Positions 1 to 9,236 of a stretch of 64,000 nucleotides of DNA are shown piece after piece (position 1 is the first letter of the stretch; every line of letters begins with the position of its first letter). The notes below the pieces were generated by a model. It made no database searches, was not told where the DNA came from, and saw nothing but the letters and a program-made list of their open reading frames with translations. Origin of the DNA: an uncultured Elusimicrobia bacterium (GTDB taxonomy: Bacteria; Elusimicrobiota; Elusimicrobia; UBA1565); contig CAYHRV010000001.1 in NCBI GenBank assembly GCA_964359165.1, positions 28,080 to 92,079 on the forward strand, read 5' to 3'. The position numbers and the translations under genes were made by a program.

Positions 1-10
1 GCGGGCCGGG

Positions 11-496
11 GTGGGGGATTGGCCCGCCATAGGACGCATCTGCGTGCGGACCGCGCGGAGCGGACGCCGGATGGGCGCGGCCCGGGCCCAAGCCTTCGCC
101 GAACGCTGGGTAGGGCCCTATGAGCGATTCCTTCCGGGGTGGACTCTGCGCGCCCTGCGCAAGGGGCGCGTCGCCGGATATCTGACCGGCTGTCCGGATA
201 CGCGGAGCCTCCTTCGCTTCGCGGGACCGGGCTCTGAGCCCGCCGCCGCCGCCCCGGCCCGCCTGCGCCGCCTTGTCTTGAGGCATTATCCCGCCCACCT
301 GCACATGAACGTCGCCCCGGCCTTCCAGGGGAAGGGACTTGGGCGGCGTCTGATCGAGCGCTATCTGTCCATGCTCCGCCGCTCCGGGGTCCGCGGCGTG
401 CATCTGGTCTGCGGCGAAGGTCCGGAAGCCTTCTATATGCGCAAGGGGTTCTCGCTTCTGGAGCGGTTCCGCTCGGGCGGCGTGAGGCTGAGCGCC
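11..496 (+). CDS. GNAT-family N-acetyltransferase domain; no stop codon before the next gene, and the 5' end may lie upstream of the window
   Basis: Acetyl-CoA-binding style motif NVAPAFQGKGLGRRLIERYL, then FYMRKGF near the end. Same frame as the Omp85 gene with no intervening stop. Confidence 0.5.
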
Positions 497-2119
497 ATGG
501 CTAGGAAGCTGAAGACCGCGGCCGCGGCCGCGGTGCTCGCGGGGGCCGCCTCAGGCGCCCGCGCGGAGCCGGTGCCGGGCCTGAGCGTGGGAAGCGTCAC
601 CATCGCGGCCAGCCCCATCTTCGACACGAGCCTTCCCGCGGAGTCGGCCTGGCTCTTCCGCACGGCCAACGCGCTCCACGTCGACACACGCAAAGGCGTC
701 ATCCTTCGGGAGCTGCTCCTGCGGGAGGGGGACCCCTACGACCCGGCGCTCGTGGCCGAGTCGGAACGCAACCTGCGGCGCTTCGGCTTCCTGCGCAGCG
801 TCCGCATCGAGGCCTCGCCTCCCCGGGACGGGCGCGTGGACCTGACGGTGAGGACGCGCGACGCCTGGACCACGGAGCCGCAGGTCAACTTCACCCGCTC
901 GGGAGGAAGGAACTCCTGGAACACCGGCTTGGTGGAGCGCAACCTGGCCGGCCTGGGCAAGGGCATGAGCGCCTTCTACGACAGGGGCCTGGAGCGCATC
1001 CACCGGACCATCGGCTACCGCGACCCGCAGTTCCTGGGCCGGCGCTTGGACCTGGCCGGAGGCTATGTCGACGAGCCCGACGGCCGCGGCGCGCTCTTCT
1101 CCCTCTCGCGCCCGTTCTTCGCGACCATCACGCCCTATTCCGTGGGAGTCACCGAATCCTATCGGGACACGACCCAGACGCTCTACTCGGGGGGGACATC
1201 CGCCGGGCTCTACCGGACCGTGGACAATGCCGTTGCCGCGAGTTACGGGCGCTCCTTGGGCTCCACGCCTTCGAGCGTGCGCCAACTCTTCATCGGCTTC
1301 TCGCGCCAGGATTCACGCCACTCCGCCGTGGGGTCTCCCACGGCTCCGGTCCCGGAGGACAGGACGCTGGCCGCCGTGCAAGTCTCGGCGTCCCGCCAGG
1401 AGGTGCGCTACCTCAAGGAGCGGCGCATACAGCAGTTCGACCGCGACGAGGACTACAATGTCGGCCCCGGGGCCGCCGCGGGCCTGGGGCTGGCCCCGCG
1501 CTGGCTGGGCTCGAGCGTCTCGCGGCTTCTCCCGCGCTTCGAGGGCCAGATTGGGAACTCCTTCGGGCCCGGGCACTTCGCCCTTCTGCGCACGGGCTAC
1601 AGCCAGAGGCTCTCGCCCGCGGGCCGCACGGAGAACCTGCTGGGGAGCGCGGACCTCCAGTATTACAACCAAGGCCTGCCTCGCCAGACTTTCGCCGTGC
1701 GCGCCGCCTATGATCACGGCTGGCGCCCGGACACGGAGGGGCTCACCTTGGGGGAGAACAACGGGCTCCGGGGGTTCTCCAACGACCAATTCGCCGGGAG
1801 CCGCCGCCTCATCTTCAACGCCGAGGATAGGGTGTTCTTCGCCCACGACGTCCTGAGCCTGGTCTCGCTGGGAGGGGCGCTCTTCTACGACGCGGGCTAT
1901 GCCTGGCCTTCCGGCGCGCCGATGAGCCTCATGGACCTGCGCCAATCCGTAGGCGTGGGACTACGCTTCGCCTTCACGCGTTCGACCCGCAACCAGCCCA
2001 TCCGCATGGACGTGGCCTACGCGCTCAACGACAATAGCCAGCGCAGCCGCTGGGCGGTTTCGGTCTCGACGGGGTACAGCTTCGGGAGCAAGGGGAATCT
2101 TCTGGCCCTGGGTTTCTGA
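497..2119 (+). CDS. Omp85/BamA-family outer-membrane protein (POTRA-like region plus surface-antigen beta-barrel)
   Basis: ATG at 497 opens a signal-peptide-like stretch MARKLKTAAAAAVLAGAASGARA. POTRA-like segment (VDTRKGVILRELLLREGDPYD...RIEASPPRDGRVDLTVRTRD). Gly/aromatic-rich C-terminal half ending in a terminal Phe (LLALGF), typical of OMP barrels. Confidence 0.7.
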   Translation: MARKLKTAAAAAVLAGAASGARAEPVPGLSVGSVTIAASPIFDTSLPAESAWLFRTANALHVDTRKGVILRELLLREGDPYDPALVAESERNLRRFGFLRSVRIEASPPRDGRVDLTVRTRDAWTTEPQVNFTRSGGRNSWNTGLVERNLAGLGKGMSAFYDRGLERIHRTIGYRDPQFLGRRLDLAGGYVDEPDGRGALFSLSRPFFATITPYSVGVTESYRDTTQTLYSGGTSAGLYRTVDNAVAASYGRSLGSTPSSVRQLFIGFSRQDSRHSAVGSPTAPVPEDRTLAAVQVSASRQEVRYLKERRIQQFDRDEDYNVGPGAAAGLGLAPRWLGSSVSRLLPRFEGQIGNSFGPGHFALLRTGYSQRLSPAGRTENLLGSADLQYYNQGLPRQTFAVRAAYDHGWRPDTEGLTLGENNGLRGFSNDQFAGSRRLIFNAEDRVFFAHDVLSLVSLGGALFYDAGYAWPSGAPMSLMDLRQSVGVGLRFAFTRSTRNQPIRMDVAYALNDNSQRSRWAVSVSTGYSFGSKGNLLALGF

Positions 2120-2149
2120 GGCGCAGGAAAAAAGGTTTAATCCTTGGGA

Positions 2150-4054
2150 ATGCGAATGAGCGGCCGGTGGCGTTTTCCTCTCTGTGGGGGGATAATTTTT
2201 TTGGGCGGGAACGCCCTTCTCAGGGCGTTCCTCTTCCAGCGCTTCGTCGAGCCGCATGCCCTCCTGCCGCTGGTCCGGGCCTCTTGGGCGGGCTTGCGCA
2301 TGGACGCCGCGGCGCTGGCCTGGCTCCTGCTCCCCTGGATGCTGGTTTCGGCCCTGCTCCCGGCCGGCCTGCGCGAGACCAAGGCGCGGCGCTTGCTTGG
2401 GAATCTCTCCTTCATCCTGGGTTCTGGCCTCTTCCTCTTCCTGCTCGTCGTGGAGTACTTCTTCTTCGATGAGTTCAATTCCCGGTTCAATACCGTGGCC
2501 GTGGACTATCTCCTTTATCCCCATGAGGTCTTCATCAACATCCACGAGAGCTATCCGGTATTCCCCTTCCTGACGGCCGCCGTGCTCGCCGGCTTGGCGG
2601 CCTGGGGGCTGTTCCGGCGTCCGCTCGACGACGCTCTGCGCACTCCCTGCGCGCCCGGGACTAAAGGCCGCGTCTTCGCCGGCTATCTCCTGGGCGCGCT
2701 CTTCCTCACCCAGACCGCATCCTTCCAGGGCGCGCGCTGGAGCCGGGACCGCGTCCTCAACGAGGTGTCCGGCAACGGGTTCTATTCCCTGGTCTACGCC
2801 GCTTGGTCCCGGGACTTGGAGTACCAGGCTTTCTACCGCAGTCTTTCCCGGGAGGAGGCGTATGAACGGACGAGGAGACTGCTCCAGGAGGGTGGCGCGC
2901 GCTGGAGCGCGGACCCGGAGTCCATCCAGCGCTCCATCCCCGGCCGGAAGAGCGGGCCCAGGAACCTCGTCCTCATCCTCGTCGAGAGCTTCGGCTCGGA
3001 GTTCTGGGGCTCCTTGGGCGCCGAGCCCGGCTGGACTCCGCGCATGGATGAATGGGCCAAGAAGGGGATGCTGTTCACCCAACTCTACGCCACGGGGAAC
3101 CGGACGGTGCGGGGGATGGAGGGCGTTCTCGCGTCCTTCCCGCCGCTCCCGGGGGATTCGATCGTCAAGCGCCGGCTCTCCGACCGGGTCTCCACCCTGG
3201 CGCGGACGCTGGGGGGCCAGGGCTATGAGACCCTCTTCCTCTATGGGGGACGGGGACTCTTCGACGGGATGCGTTCCTTCGCCCTAAGGAACGGCTACGG
3301 CCGCTTCATAGAGCAGAAGGATTTCAAGGATCCGGCGTTCGCGACGGTCTGGGGCGTGTGCGATGAAGACCTCCTGGACCGCGCGCTGAGCGAGGCGCGC
3401 GCCCTGCACGGACGGGGAAAGCCCTTTTTCGCCACCGTGCTCACCGTATCCAACCACAAGCCCTATACCTATCCCAAGGGCCGCATCCCCGAGGACCCGG
3501 ACCTCCAAGCGCGTCCGCACGCGGTCAAGTACACCGATCACGCCATCGGGCGCTTCCTGGATCAGGCCTCCAAGGAGGATTTCTTCAAAGACACCCTCTT
3601 CGCCGTGGTCGCCGACCACGGGGCGAGGGTCTACGGGAAAGAGGATATCCCAATCCACTCCTACGAGATACCGATGCTCGTGGTCGATCCGAAGTCTCCT
3701 TCCCCGAAAAGGGTATCGACGCTGGGCTCTTCCATCGACGTGGGGCCGACCCTCCTGGGCATGCTCGGCCCGGGTTATGAGAGCGTCTTCTTCGGCCGGG
3801 ACCTTCTGAGCGTCGATCCGAAGACGGCGTTTGCGCTCATGCACCACAACCGGGACATCGGCATGCTGCGCGGCGGGCGTCTGGTGGTGCTGGGGCTCAA
3901 TAAGACGGCAGGCTTCTATTCCCTGGACTCCAAGACCCGGCTCTTGGCGCCCGCGCCGAAAGGAGGGGCGGACGAGGAGTTGGAGAAAGACGCCGCCGCC
4001 CTCTTCCAGACGGCCGATGAGCTCTACACCCGGCAGCGCTACGCGGTGAAGTAA
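2150..4054 (+). CDS. LTA-synthase/sulfatase-family membrane protein (alkaline-phosphatase superfamily; phosphoglycerol- or phosphoethanolamine-transferase-like)
   Basis: Hydrophobic N-terminal third, then LILVESFGSEFWG, VSNHKPYTYP and AVVADHG motifs. Start uncertain: TTG 2144, ATG 2150 or ATG 2156. Confidence 0.7.
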   Translation: MRMSGRWRFPLCGGIIFLGGNALLRAFLFQRFVEPHALLPLVRASWAGLRMDAAALAWLLLPWMLVSALLPAGLRETKARRLLGNLSFILGSGLFLFLLVVEYFFFDEFNSRFNTVAVDYLLYPHEVFINIHESYPVFPFLTAAVLAGLAAWGLFRRPLDDALRTPCAPGTKGRVFAGYLLGALFLTQTASFQGARWSRDRVLNEVSGNGFYSLVYAAWSRDLEYQAFYRSLSREEAYERTRRLLQEGGARWSADPESIQRSIPGRKSGPRNLVLILVESFGSEFWGSLGAEPGWTPRMDEWAKKGMLFTQLYATGNRTVRGMEGVLASFPPLPGDSIVKRRLSDRVSTLARTLGGQGYETLFLYGGRGLFDGMRSFALRNGYGRFIEQKDFKDPAFATVWGVCDEDLLDRALSEARALHGRGKPFFATVLTVSNHKPYTYPKGRIPEDPDLQARPHAVKYTDHAIGRFLDQASKEDFFKDTLFAVVADHGARVYGKEDIPIHSYEIPMLVVDPKSPSPKRVSTLGSSIDVGPTLLGMLGPGYESVFFGRDLLSVDPKTAFALMHHNRDIGMLRGGRLVVLGLNKTAGFYSLDSKTRLLAPAPKGGADEELEKDAAALFQTADELYTRQRYAVK

Positions 4055-4066
4055 GGCCCCGGGATC

Positions 4067-5401
4067 TTACCCGATGATTCTTCTCAACTGGCCGGCCAAG
4101 TACAAAGGCAAGGAGATCAGTTCGAAATCCTTTTCACGCAGGATGCTCGGCGGCTCAGCGTTGAAACGCACGGCGCGACCGACTGTCTTTTCATCGATAA
4201 ACAGGCGCAGTGATTTGAGCGTCCCCGCCTTGCCGGCCTTGACCTCGATCGGGATGACCTCCGCGCCCTTGCTGATGACATAGTCCACTTCGGCGGAGGC
4301 TCCGCGCCGTTCGCGCGCCCAGTAATGGAGCTCCGGCTCCCGCCAGGGGGCGAGGCCGTAGAGCAGATGCTGGCCGACGAATTGTTCGGCATAGGCTCCC
4401 TGGGCCACGCTGTAAAAACCGAGGTCGAGGAGGTCATTCCATTCCAGGCCGCTCGCGCCGCAAGCGAGCCCCACATCCAGGAAAAGGACTTTGAAGAAGT
4501 CCTCCCGCGCCTCGGCCCCAAGCGGAACCCCGTTGGCGGCCGAATGCCTGACCCTGTAACAAACGCGTGCCGCTTCCAGCAGATCTAGGGCGCGTTTGAC
4601 GTCCCTGGAGCGCTCCTCGGCGCCGGCGCGCACATGCTTCCATTTCTCGCCGATGTGGCGCGTAATCGCCCGGAAAACCTTGCGGAGGCGTTCGCAATGA
4701 GTCCGCGGAGCATATTTGTAGAAATCGTCTTGATAGGTGGAGAGGATGGATTGCTTGACGCGCTCAACCTCCAGAAGCGAATGCATCGCGGCGTAGGCCG
4801 CTACCGCTTCCGGCATCCCGCCGACGAAGAAAAACTCGCGTACGGCCTCCAGAAGCTTCCCATGGATGAATTCCGGGATCTCGCCGCCGAGCGAATACTT
4901 GGAAATCGTCTCGAGAAGACCGGTGTCGCCCTTGGCCTCAAGAAATTCCTCGAAGATCATGGGGCCAAGGAAGAAGTATTCCACGCGGCCTACGGGCATG
5001 GATTGCGGCTCTTTGGTGAGCACGGCATCCAAAAGCGAGCCTGCCGCCACGACGGCCAAGCCGGGATATTCCTCATGGAAATAACGCAATTGAGGGAGAA
5101 CTCTCGGCGCGGCCTGTATTTCATCCAGGAACAACAAAACATCCGCCTCTGGTTTCCTCAGAGGGACATGGAAATGGGTCTCAAGCTGCTGGAGGACGCC
5201 GTCCGTGGTTCCTCCACGAAAAACGTCGGAGAATTCCGGGTTTCGCTCAAAATTGATTTCGACGCAGGCGTGGAATTCCTTCTTTCCGAACTCTCGGATA
5301 AGAAACGATTTCCCCACTTGCCTGGCCCCCCGCAGCAGCAACGGCTTGCGGGGAACGCGTTTTTTCCACTCGAGTAGATCGTTGTAGGCTAGGCGTTTCA
5401 T
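4067..5401 (-). CDS. AAA_14/DUF4143-type ATPase with PD-(D/E)xK-like C-terminus
   Basis: Walker A LLLRGARQVGKSFL and Walker B VLLFLDEIQ. C-terminal EVDYVISKGAEVIPIEVKAGK resembles a restriction-endonuclease-fold motif. Visibly lower G+C than its neighbours. Confidence 0.8.
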   Translation of the reverse strand: MKRLAYNDLLEWKKRVPRKPLLLRGARQVGKSFLIREFGKKEFHACVEINFERNPEFSDVFRGGTTDGVLQQLETHFHVPLRKPEADVLLFLDEIQAAPRVLPQLRYFHEEYPGLAVVAAGSLLDAVLTKEPQSMPVGRVEYFFLGPMIFEEFLEAKGDTGLLETISKYSLGGEIPEFIHGKLLEAVREFFFVGGMPEAVAAYAAMHSLLEVERVKQSILSTYQDDFYKYAPRTHCERLRKVFRAITRHIGEKWKHVRAGAEERSRDVKRALDLLEAARVCYRVRHSAANGVPLGAEAREDFFKVLFLDVGLACGASGLEWNDLLDLGFYSVAQGAYAEQFVGQHLLYGLAPWREPELHYWARERRGASAEVDYVISKGAEVIPIEVKAGKAGTLKSLRLFIDEKTVGRAVRFNAEPPSILREKDFELISLPLYLAGQLRRIIG

Positions 5402-5801
5402 TTACATCTTTAATATAGCCTAATATTGGCTAAAATACAAGGCTGTTATAGCCACATATTTGTTATTATTCACTATTAGGTACGCGCCAGGAAGACGAAC
5501 TGAAGCTTGCGTGGGGCATTCCCCATCGCAATCCCAGTGTAGTTGAATCCTCTAGCCGACCTTAACGACGGCATCGATGACCGAGCGTTCGCGGCCGAAC
5601 GCGAGGAAATGGTTGAGGCCCTCAGCCGAAACCACGCGGCCCGCGGGCGAGGAACTCACCCCCGCGTAGCCCTCTGACGCCCAAGCCCGCCCGGACTCTC
5701 TTTCCATCTCGTGTTCGCCCCTCCGATCGGCCATTTTCCCCTGGCAAGGGGGAACTTACGATAACCGCCGAACTGTTGCATTCGGGTCCGTCGGACCGGG
5801 C

Positions 5802-6806
5802 TTATCCAGCTTGCGAGCAGTCCCGGCGGGTACGCTCGCGCCAATGCGCGAGGAGCAATTCCACGCTGTCTTCGAAAGAGCGCTTGGGCTTCCAGCCCGT
5901 GGCCTTCTCGAATTTCTTGACCGAGGGTATCTGTAGTGTCACATCCGCGGGCCGAAGCAGGGCCGGATCCTGCCTCGTACGGATCTTCACCGCGCTCTTT
6001 CGCAGTAGGAGATCCAGAAAATCCCCGACGCTGATGGTCTTTAAGCCCCCGATGTTGTACGCCTCGCCGCTTTCGCCTTTCATCGTCGCCACCCAGTAGG
6101 ACTCCATGGCGTCGCGCACGTCGATGAGCGTGCGTATGGAGTCGAGGTTTCCGTGGGTGAGCTCTTTCTGGAGACCGGCCTCGATGCGCGCGATCTGACG
6201 GGCGAAGGAGGTCGCGAAGAGGTCGGTGCGACGAGGGTTGATGTAGGCGAACATCCGGGTACGCACGATGCGCATCCCATAGGAGCGGAAATAGGTCAGC
6301 CCCAGCATGTCCTGCGCCGCCTTGGAGACCGCGTAGGGGCTCGAGGGCCGCATGGGATTCTCCTCGGTGATGGGGACTTCCTCGGGGCGCACCTGGCCGT
6401 AGACCTCGGAGGTGGAGCAGATCTGCACGAGGGGGTCGATCCCCGCGAGGCGGATACCCTCAAGGAGATTGGCCGTTCCCATGATGTTGTTCTGGAGGAC
6501 GGCGAGCGGGGTGGTGAAGGAGGCGCGCACGTTGGCATGGGAGGCGATATGAAAGACCGCGTCCGGCCGGACCTCGCGGAGCACCGTGAGCACGGAGCTC
6601 AGGTCGCAGAGGTCGCACTCGTGGACCTTGACCTTGTCGCGGACCTGGGCCAGGTTGTCGGCGGCCGTGGTGCTGTGCCAGCGCGCGATGCCGTGGACCT
6701 CGACGCCCTCCGGGAGGGAGGCGATGTGCTCGGCCAAGTACGAGCCGCCGGAGCCGGTGATCCCGGTGATGAGAGCTTTTTTGACGGCGGGTTTCTTGTT
6801 CTTCAT
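5802..6806 (-). CDS. Extended SDR, GDP-mannose 4,6-dehydratase-like (candidate GDP-heptose 4,6-dehydratase or reductase)
   Basis: The 532-aa track ORF is an artefactual extension. The real start is ATG 6806 (MKNKKPAVKKALITGITGSGGSYLAEHI), overlapping the upstream stop as ATGA. YxxxK present as SPYAVSKAA. Confidence 0.75.
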   Translation of the reverse strand: MKNKKPAVKKALITGITGSGGSYLAEHIASLPEGVEVHGIARWHSTTAADNLAQVRDKVKVHECDLCDLSSVLTVLREVRPDAVFHIASHANVRASFTTPLAVLQNNIMGTANLLEGIRLAGIDPLVQICSTSEVYGQVRPEEVPITEENPMRPSSPYAVSKAAQDMLGLTYFRSYGMRIVRTRMFAYINPRRTDLFATSFARQIARIEAGLQKELTHGNLDSIRTLIDVRDAMESYWVATMKGESGEAYNIGGLKTISVGDFLDLLLRKSAVKIRTRQDPALLRPADVTLQIPSVKKFEKATGWKPKRSFEDSVELLLAHWRERTRRDCSQAG

Positions 6807-7477
6807 GCCGGGCTCCGGATGAGGAATTCTCGAAGGATGAGCTTGAGCACGTCCAGGCCGTTGAGGATGGGGTGCATCTTGCGCTGGCCGCCGATGCGCA
6901 GGGGCTCGTCGCCGGGGATGTCCGCGGTCTTGAGCCCCTTCTTGGCGCAGTAGATGGCCAGGTAGGGCTCCAGCCCGGCGCGGGGATAGAGGGGAGGGGG
7001 CTCCGGGAGTATGTCCTTGCGCCAGGCGCGGAACATGACCAGGGAATCGGTGTAGCGCCCGCCGAAGAGCAGGTTGATCATCGCCGTGAACATCCAGTTG
7101 CCGAAGGCCGTGACCGAGTCGTCGTCCTCGCTCTTGGCGCCTTCCAGGTAGCGGGAGACGATGACCATGTCGTAGCCTTCCTTCATCTTCGCGATGAGGG
7201 CCGGGATGAGCTCCGGGACGGAGTTGCCGTCCGGGCTGAAGGCGATGATGATGTCGCCCGCGGCGTGGGGCAGGGCCTCGCGGTAGGCGTTGGTGATGCC
7301 GCGGGAGTCCTGATGCAGGATGCGGTAGCCCTGCTCGCGCGCGTACTCCAGGGTCCCGTCCGTGGAGCCTCCGTCCATGAGCAGTATCTCGTCGACCCAT
7401 TCCCGCTTGATGCGCGGCATGACCGTCCTCATGCCCGTGATCTCGTTGAGCGTCGGGACGAAGAGGGTGACCTTCAT
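6803..7477 (-). CDS. Family-2 glycosyltransferase (polyprenyl-phosphate sugar synthase-like)
   Basis: LFVPTLNE and LMDGGSTDGT motifs. ATGA overlaps on both sides. Confidence 0.8.
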   Translation of the reverse strand: MKVTLFVPTLNEITGMRTVMPRIKREWVDEILLMDGGSTDGTLEYAREQGYRILHQDSRGITNAYREALPHAAGDIIIAFSPDGNSVPELIPALIAKMKEGYDMVIVSRYLEGAKSEDDDSVTAFGNWMFTAMINLLFGGRYTDSLVMFRAWRKDILPEPPPLYPRAGLEPYLAIYCAKKGLKTADIPGDEPLRIGGQRKMHPILNGLDVLKLILREFLIRSPA

Positions 7478-8256
7478 CGGCGCCTCCGGGACTGGAAAAG
7501 CTCCACCGTCGCCCGGGTGCTTCGGGCGAAGGCCGGGCTCAGGGCCCGGATGCGGCCGTTGTCGATGGAGGGAGTGCGATATCGGAACAGTCCGAAGCGA
7601 GGCCTGGCGCCGGCGAGGACGGCGAGCTCCCGGAGCGTCGCGTTGCGGGAGGCGGTGGCGTTGTAGGTGCCTCGCAGGCCCCGGGAAAGCGCCGACTCGA
7701 TGAAGTCCAGGATATCCTCATGGAGCACGTAGTTCAAGGTAGAGTCCGCGGAAAGCCCGAGCCGGCAAGTCCGCCGGGAGAGCATCCGGAGCAGGGCGTT
7801 GGGACGGGAGTCCCTGCCGAGGAGCGCGGAGGCGCGCAGGATGAGGTGGCCGGGGCCCTTGGCGCGGATGAGGGCCTCGGAGGCCAGTTTGGCCGTGGCG
7901 TAGGGGGTGCGCGGTTCTTGGGCCGGGAGCGCCTCCTCCTCCCGGTGGGGTCCTCCAGTCGGCGCATAGACCTCGACCGTGGAAATGAAGACGAAGAAGC
8001 GGTGCGGCAGGGCGAGGAGGTCCCGGGTCAGGAGCCAGTTGTCCTCGAAGAAGCGGCCCAAGACCCCGGCGTCCTCCCCTTTCGGAGGGGGGGACGCCGC
8101 GCAGTGAATGATGACTTCCACTCCTTTAGACGCCTCGGCCAAAGTCCGTGCCGAATCGGCGCGCCCGAGTCCCAGTCCGCCGAAGCGCTCGAAAGCCGCT
8201 TTGCCCAGGCCGCTCCGTACGCCCGTGACCAGCATACCCGCCGGGAAGCGGCGCAT
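7474..8256 (-). CDS. NAD(P)-dependent epimerase/reductase (atypical SDR)
   Basis: Real start is internal to the 569-aa track ORF (MRRFPAGMLVTGVRSGLGKA). YxxxK present as PYATAKLA. Start overlaps the upstream TGA by 1 nt. Confidence 0.65.
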   Translation of the reverse strand: MRRFPAGMLVTGVRSGLGKAAFERFGGLGLGRADSARTLAEASKGVEVIIHCAASPPPKGEDAGVLGRFFEDNWLLTRDLLALPHRFFVFISTVEVYAPTGGPHREEEALPAQEPRTPYATAKLASEALIRAKGPGHLILRASALLGRDSRPNALLRMLSRRTCRLGLSADSTLNYVLHEDILDFIESALSRGLRGTYNATASRNATLRELAVLAGARPRFGLFRYRTPSIDNGRIRALSPAFARSTRATVELFQSRRRR

Positions 8257-9236
8257 CAGGAGGGGCCCTGGGTGAACACGTTGTAGCGGCCGGGCAGGGA
8301 GTCCTTGTGGGTCCGGTACCAGTCCATCGTGTCCCGGATGCCCTCCTCTATGGACACTTTCGGGGAGAAGCCCATGGCCTTGGCCCTGGAGACGTCCATG
8401 AGCCTCTTCTTGTCGCCGGAAGGCTTGGAGGAGTCCCAGACGACCTTCGGCGGGCGCTCCATGTTGGAGAGGATGACCTCCACGACGCGGCGCACGCTCA
8501 CGCCCTCGCCGCTGCCCAGGTTGACCGGAGTGGCTTTCGGGTTCTCCATGGCCAGGAGCATCCCCGCCGCCACGTCCTTGGCGTGGATGAAATCGCGCAC
8601 CGGCGATCCGTCTCCCCAGACGACGAGCGGGTCCTCTCCGCCCACGGCGCGCGCGATGAGGGAGGGCACGACCATGGCGTTGGCCGGGTCGAAATTGTCG
8701 TGGCGGCCGTAAACGTTGGCCGGGCGGACGATGGCGATGTCCTCCCAGCCGTGCTCGATGCGATAGGCCTCGGCCTGGAGCTCGCCCATGCGCTTGGCCC
8801 AGCCCGCGAAGCGGTCGTTGGGGGAGGGGAAGGTCTTCCAGACATCGTCCTCGTGGAACACCTCGGCCGGGGCGTAGACGCCGATGGTGCTGGTGAAGAG
8901 ATAGCGCTTGACCCCGCGGCGCCGGGCGGCCTCCATCATGTTCGTATTGAAGGAGATCGTGGGCACGAAGAAGGAGGCGGGCTTCTTGGCCGTCATGAGG
9001 GGAGAGCCCTTGATGCCGGCCAGGTGGAAGACCCTGTCCATGCCTTCGCACGCCGCGAGGCACTCGTCGAGGCGCGTGAGGTCCATGCGGCGGAACTCGG
9101 CCTTGGGATGGGCGCGCGAGGGGTCGTCGAGGGAGGCGATTCGGACCGCGCAGCCGCGCTCGAGGAGGGCGTCGACCAGGCAACGGCCGATCATGCCCGT
9201 GCCGCCGGTCACCAGGACTTTCTCCTCAGCGGACAT
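8256..9236 (-). CDS. NAD-dependent epimerase/dehydratase (GDP-sugar epimerase/reductase-like)
   Basis: Start ATG 9236 (MSAEEKVLVTGGTGMIGRCL). Extended-SDR layout along the whole length. Confidence 0.75.
   Translation of the reverse strand: MSAEEKVLVTGGTGMIGRCLVDALLERGCAVRIASLDDPSRAHPKAEFRRMDLTRLDECLAACEGMDRVFHLAGIKGSPLMTAKKPASFFVPTISFNTNMMEAARRRGVKRYLFTSTIGVYAPAEVFHEDDVWKTFPSPNDRFAGWAKRMGELQAEAYRIEHGWEDIAIVRPANVYGRHDNFDPANAMVVPSLIARAVGGEDPLVVWGDGSPVRDFIHAKDVAAGMLLAMENPKATPVNLGSGEGVSVRRVVEVILSNMERPPKVVWDSSKPSGDKKRLMDVSRAKAMGFSPKVSIEEGIRDTMDWYRTHKDSLPGRYNVFTQGPS

Noticed and set aside
551-1945. Long antisense and alternate-frame ORFs opposite the Omp85 gene (for example 551-1285 minus, 1065-1856 plus, 1313-1945 minus)
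   Set aside because: They are Arg/Ala/Pro/Gly-rich, low-complexity translations typical of open off-frames in high-G+C DNA. They have no motifs and fully overlap a gene with clear family signatures.
5552-5734. 60-aa minus-strand ORF in the gene-free stretch next to the AAA ATPase
   Set aside because: It has no start context and no motif. At most it may be a relic of a disrupted gene, which is too weak to annotate.
5802-7400. Track ORFs with very long N-terminal extensions (532 aa at 5802; 569 aa at 7474; 435 aa at 8256; 351 aa at 9226; 693 aa at 39188; 599 aa at 59802; 423 aa at 62042; 412 aa at 44124)
   Set aside because: The recognisable domain starts at an internal ATG, GTG or TTG that overlaps the upstream stop codon. 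The extensions run through the upstream gene in another frame and are low-complexity.
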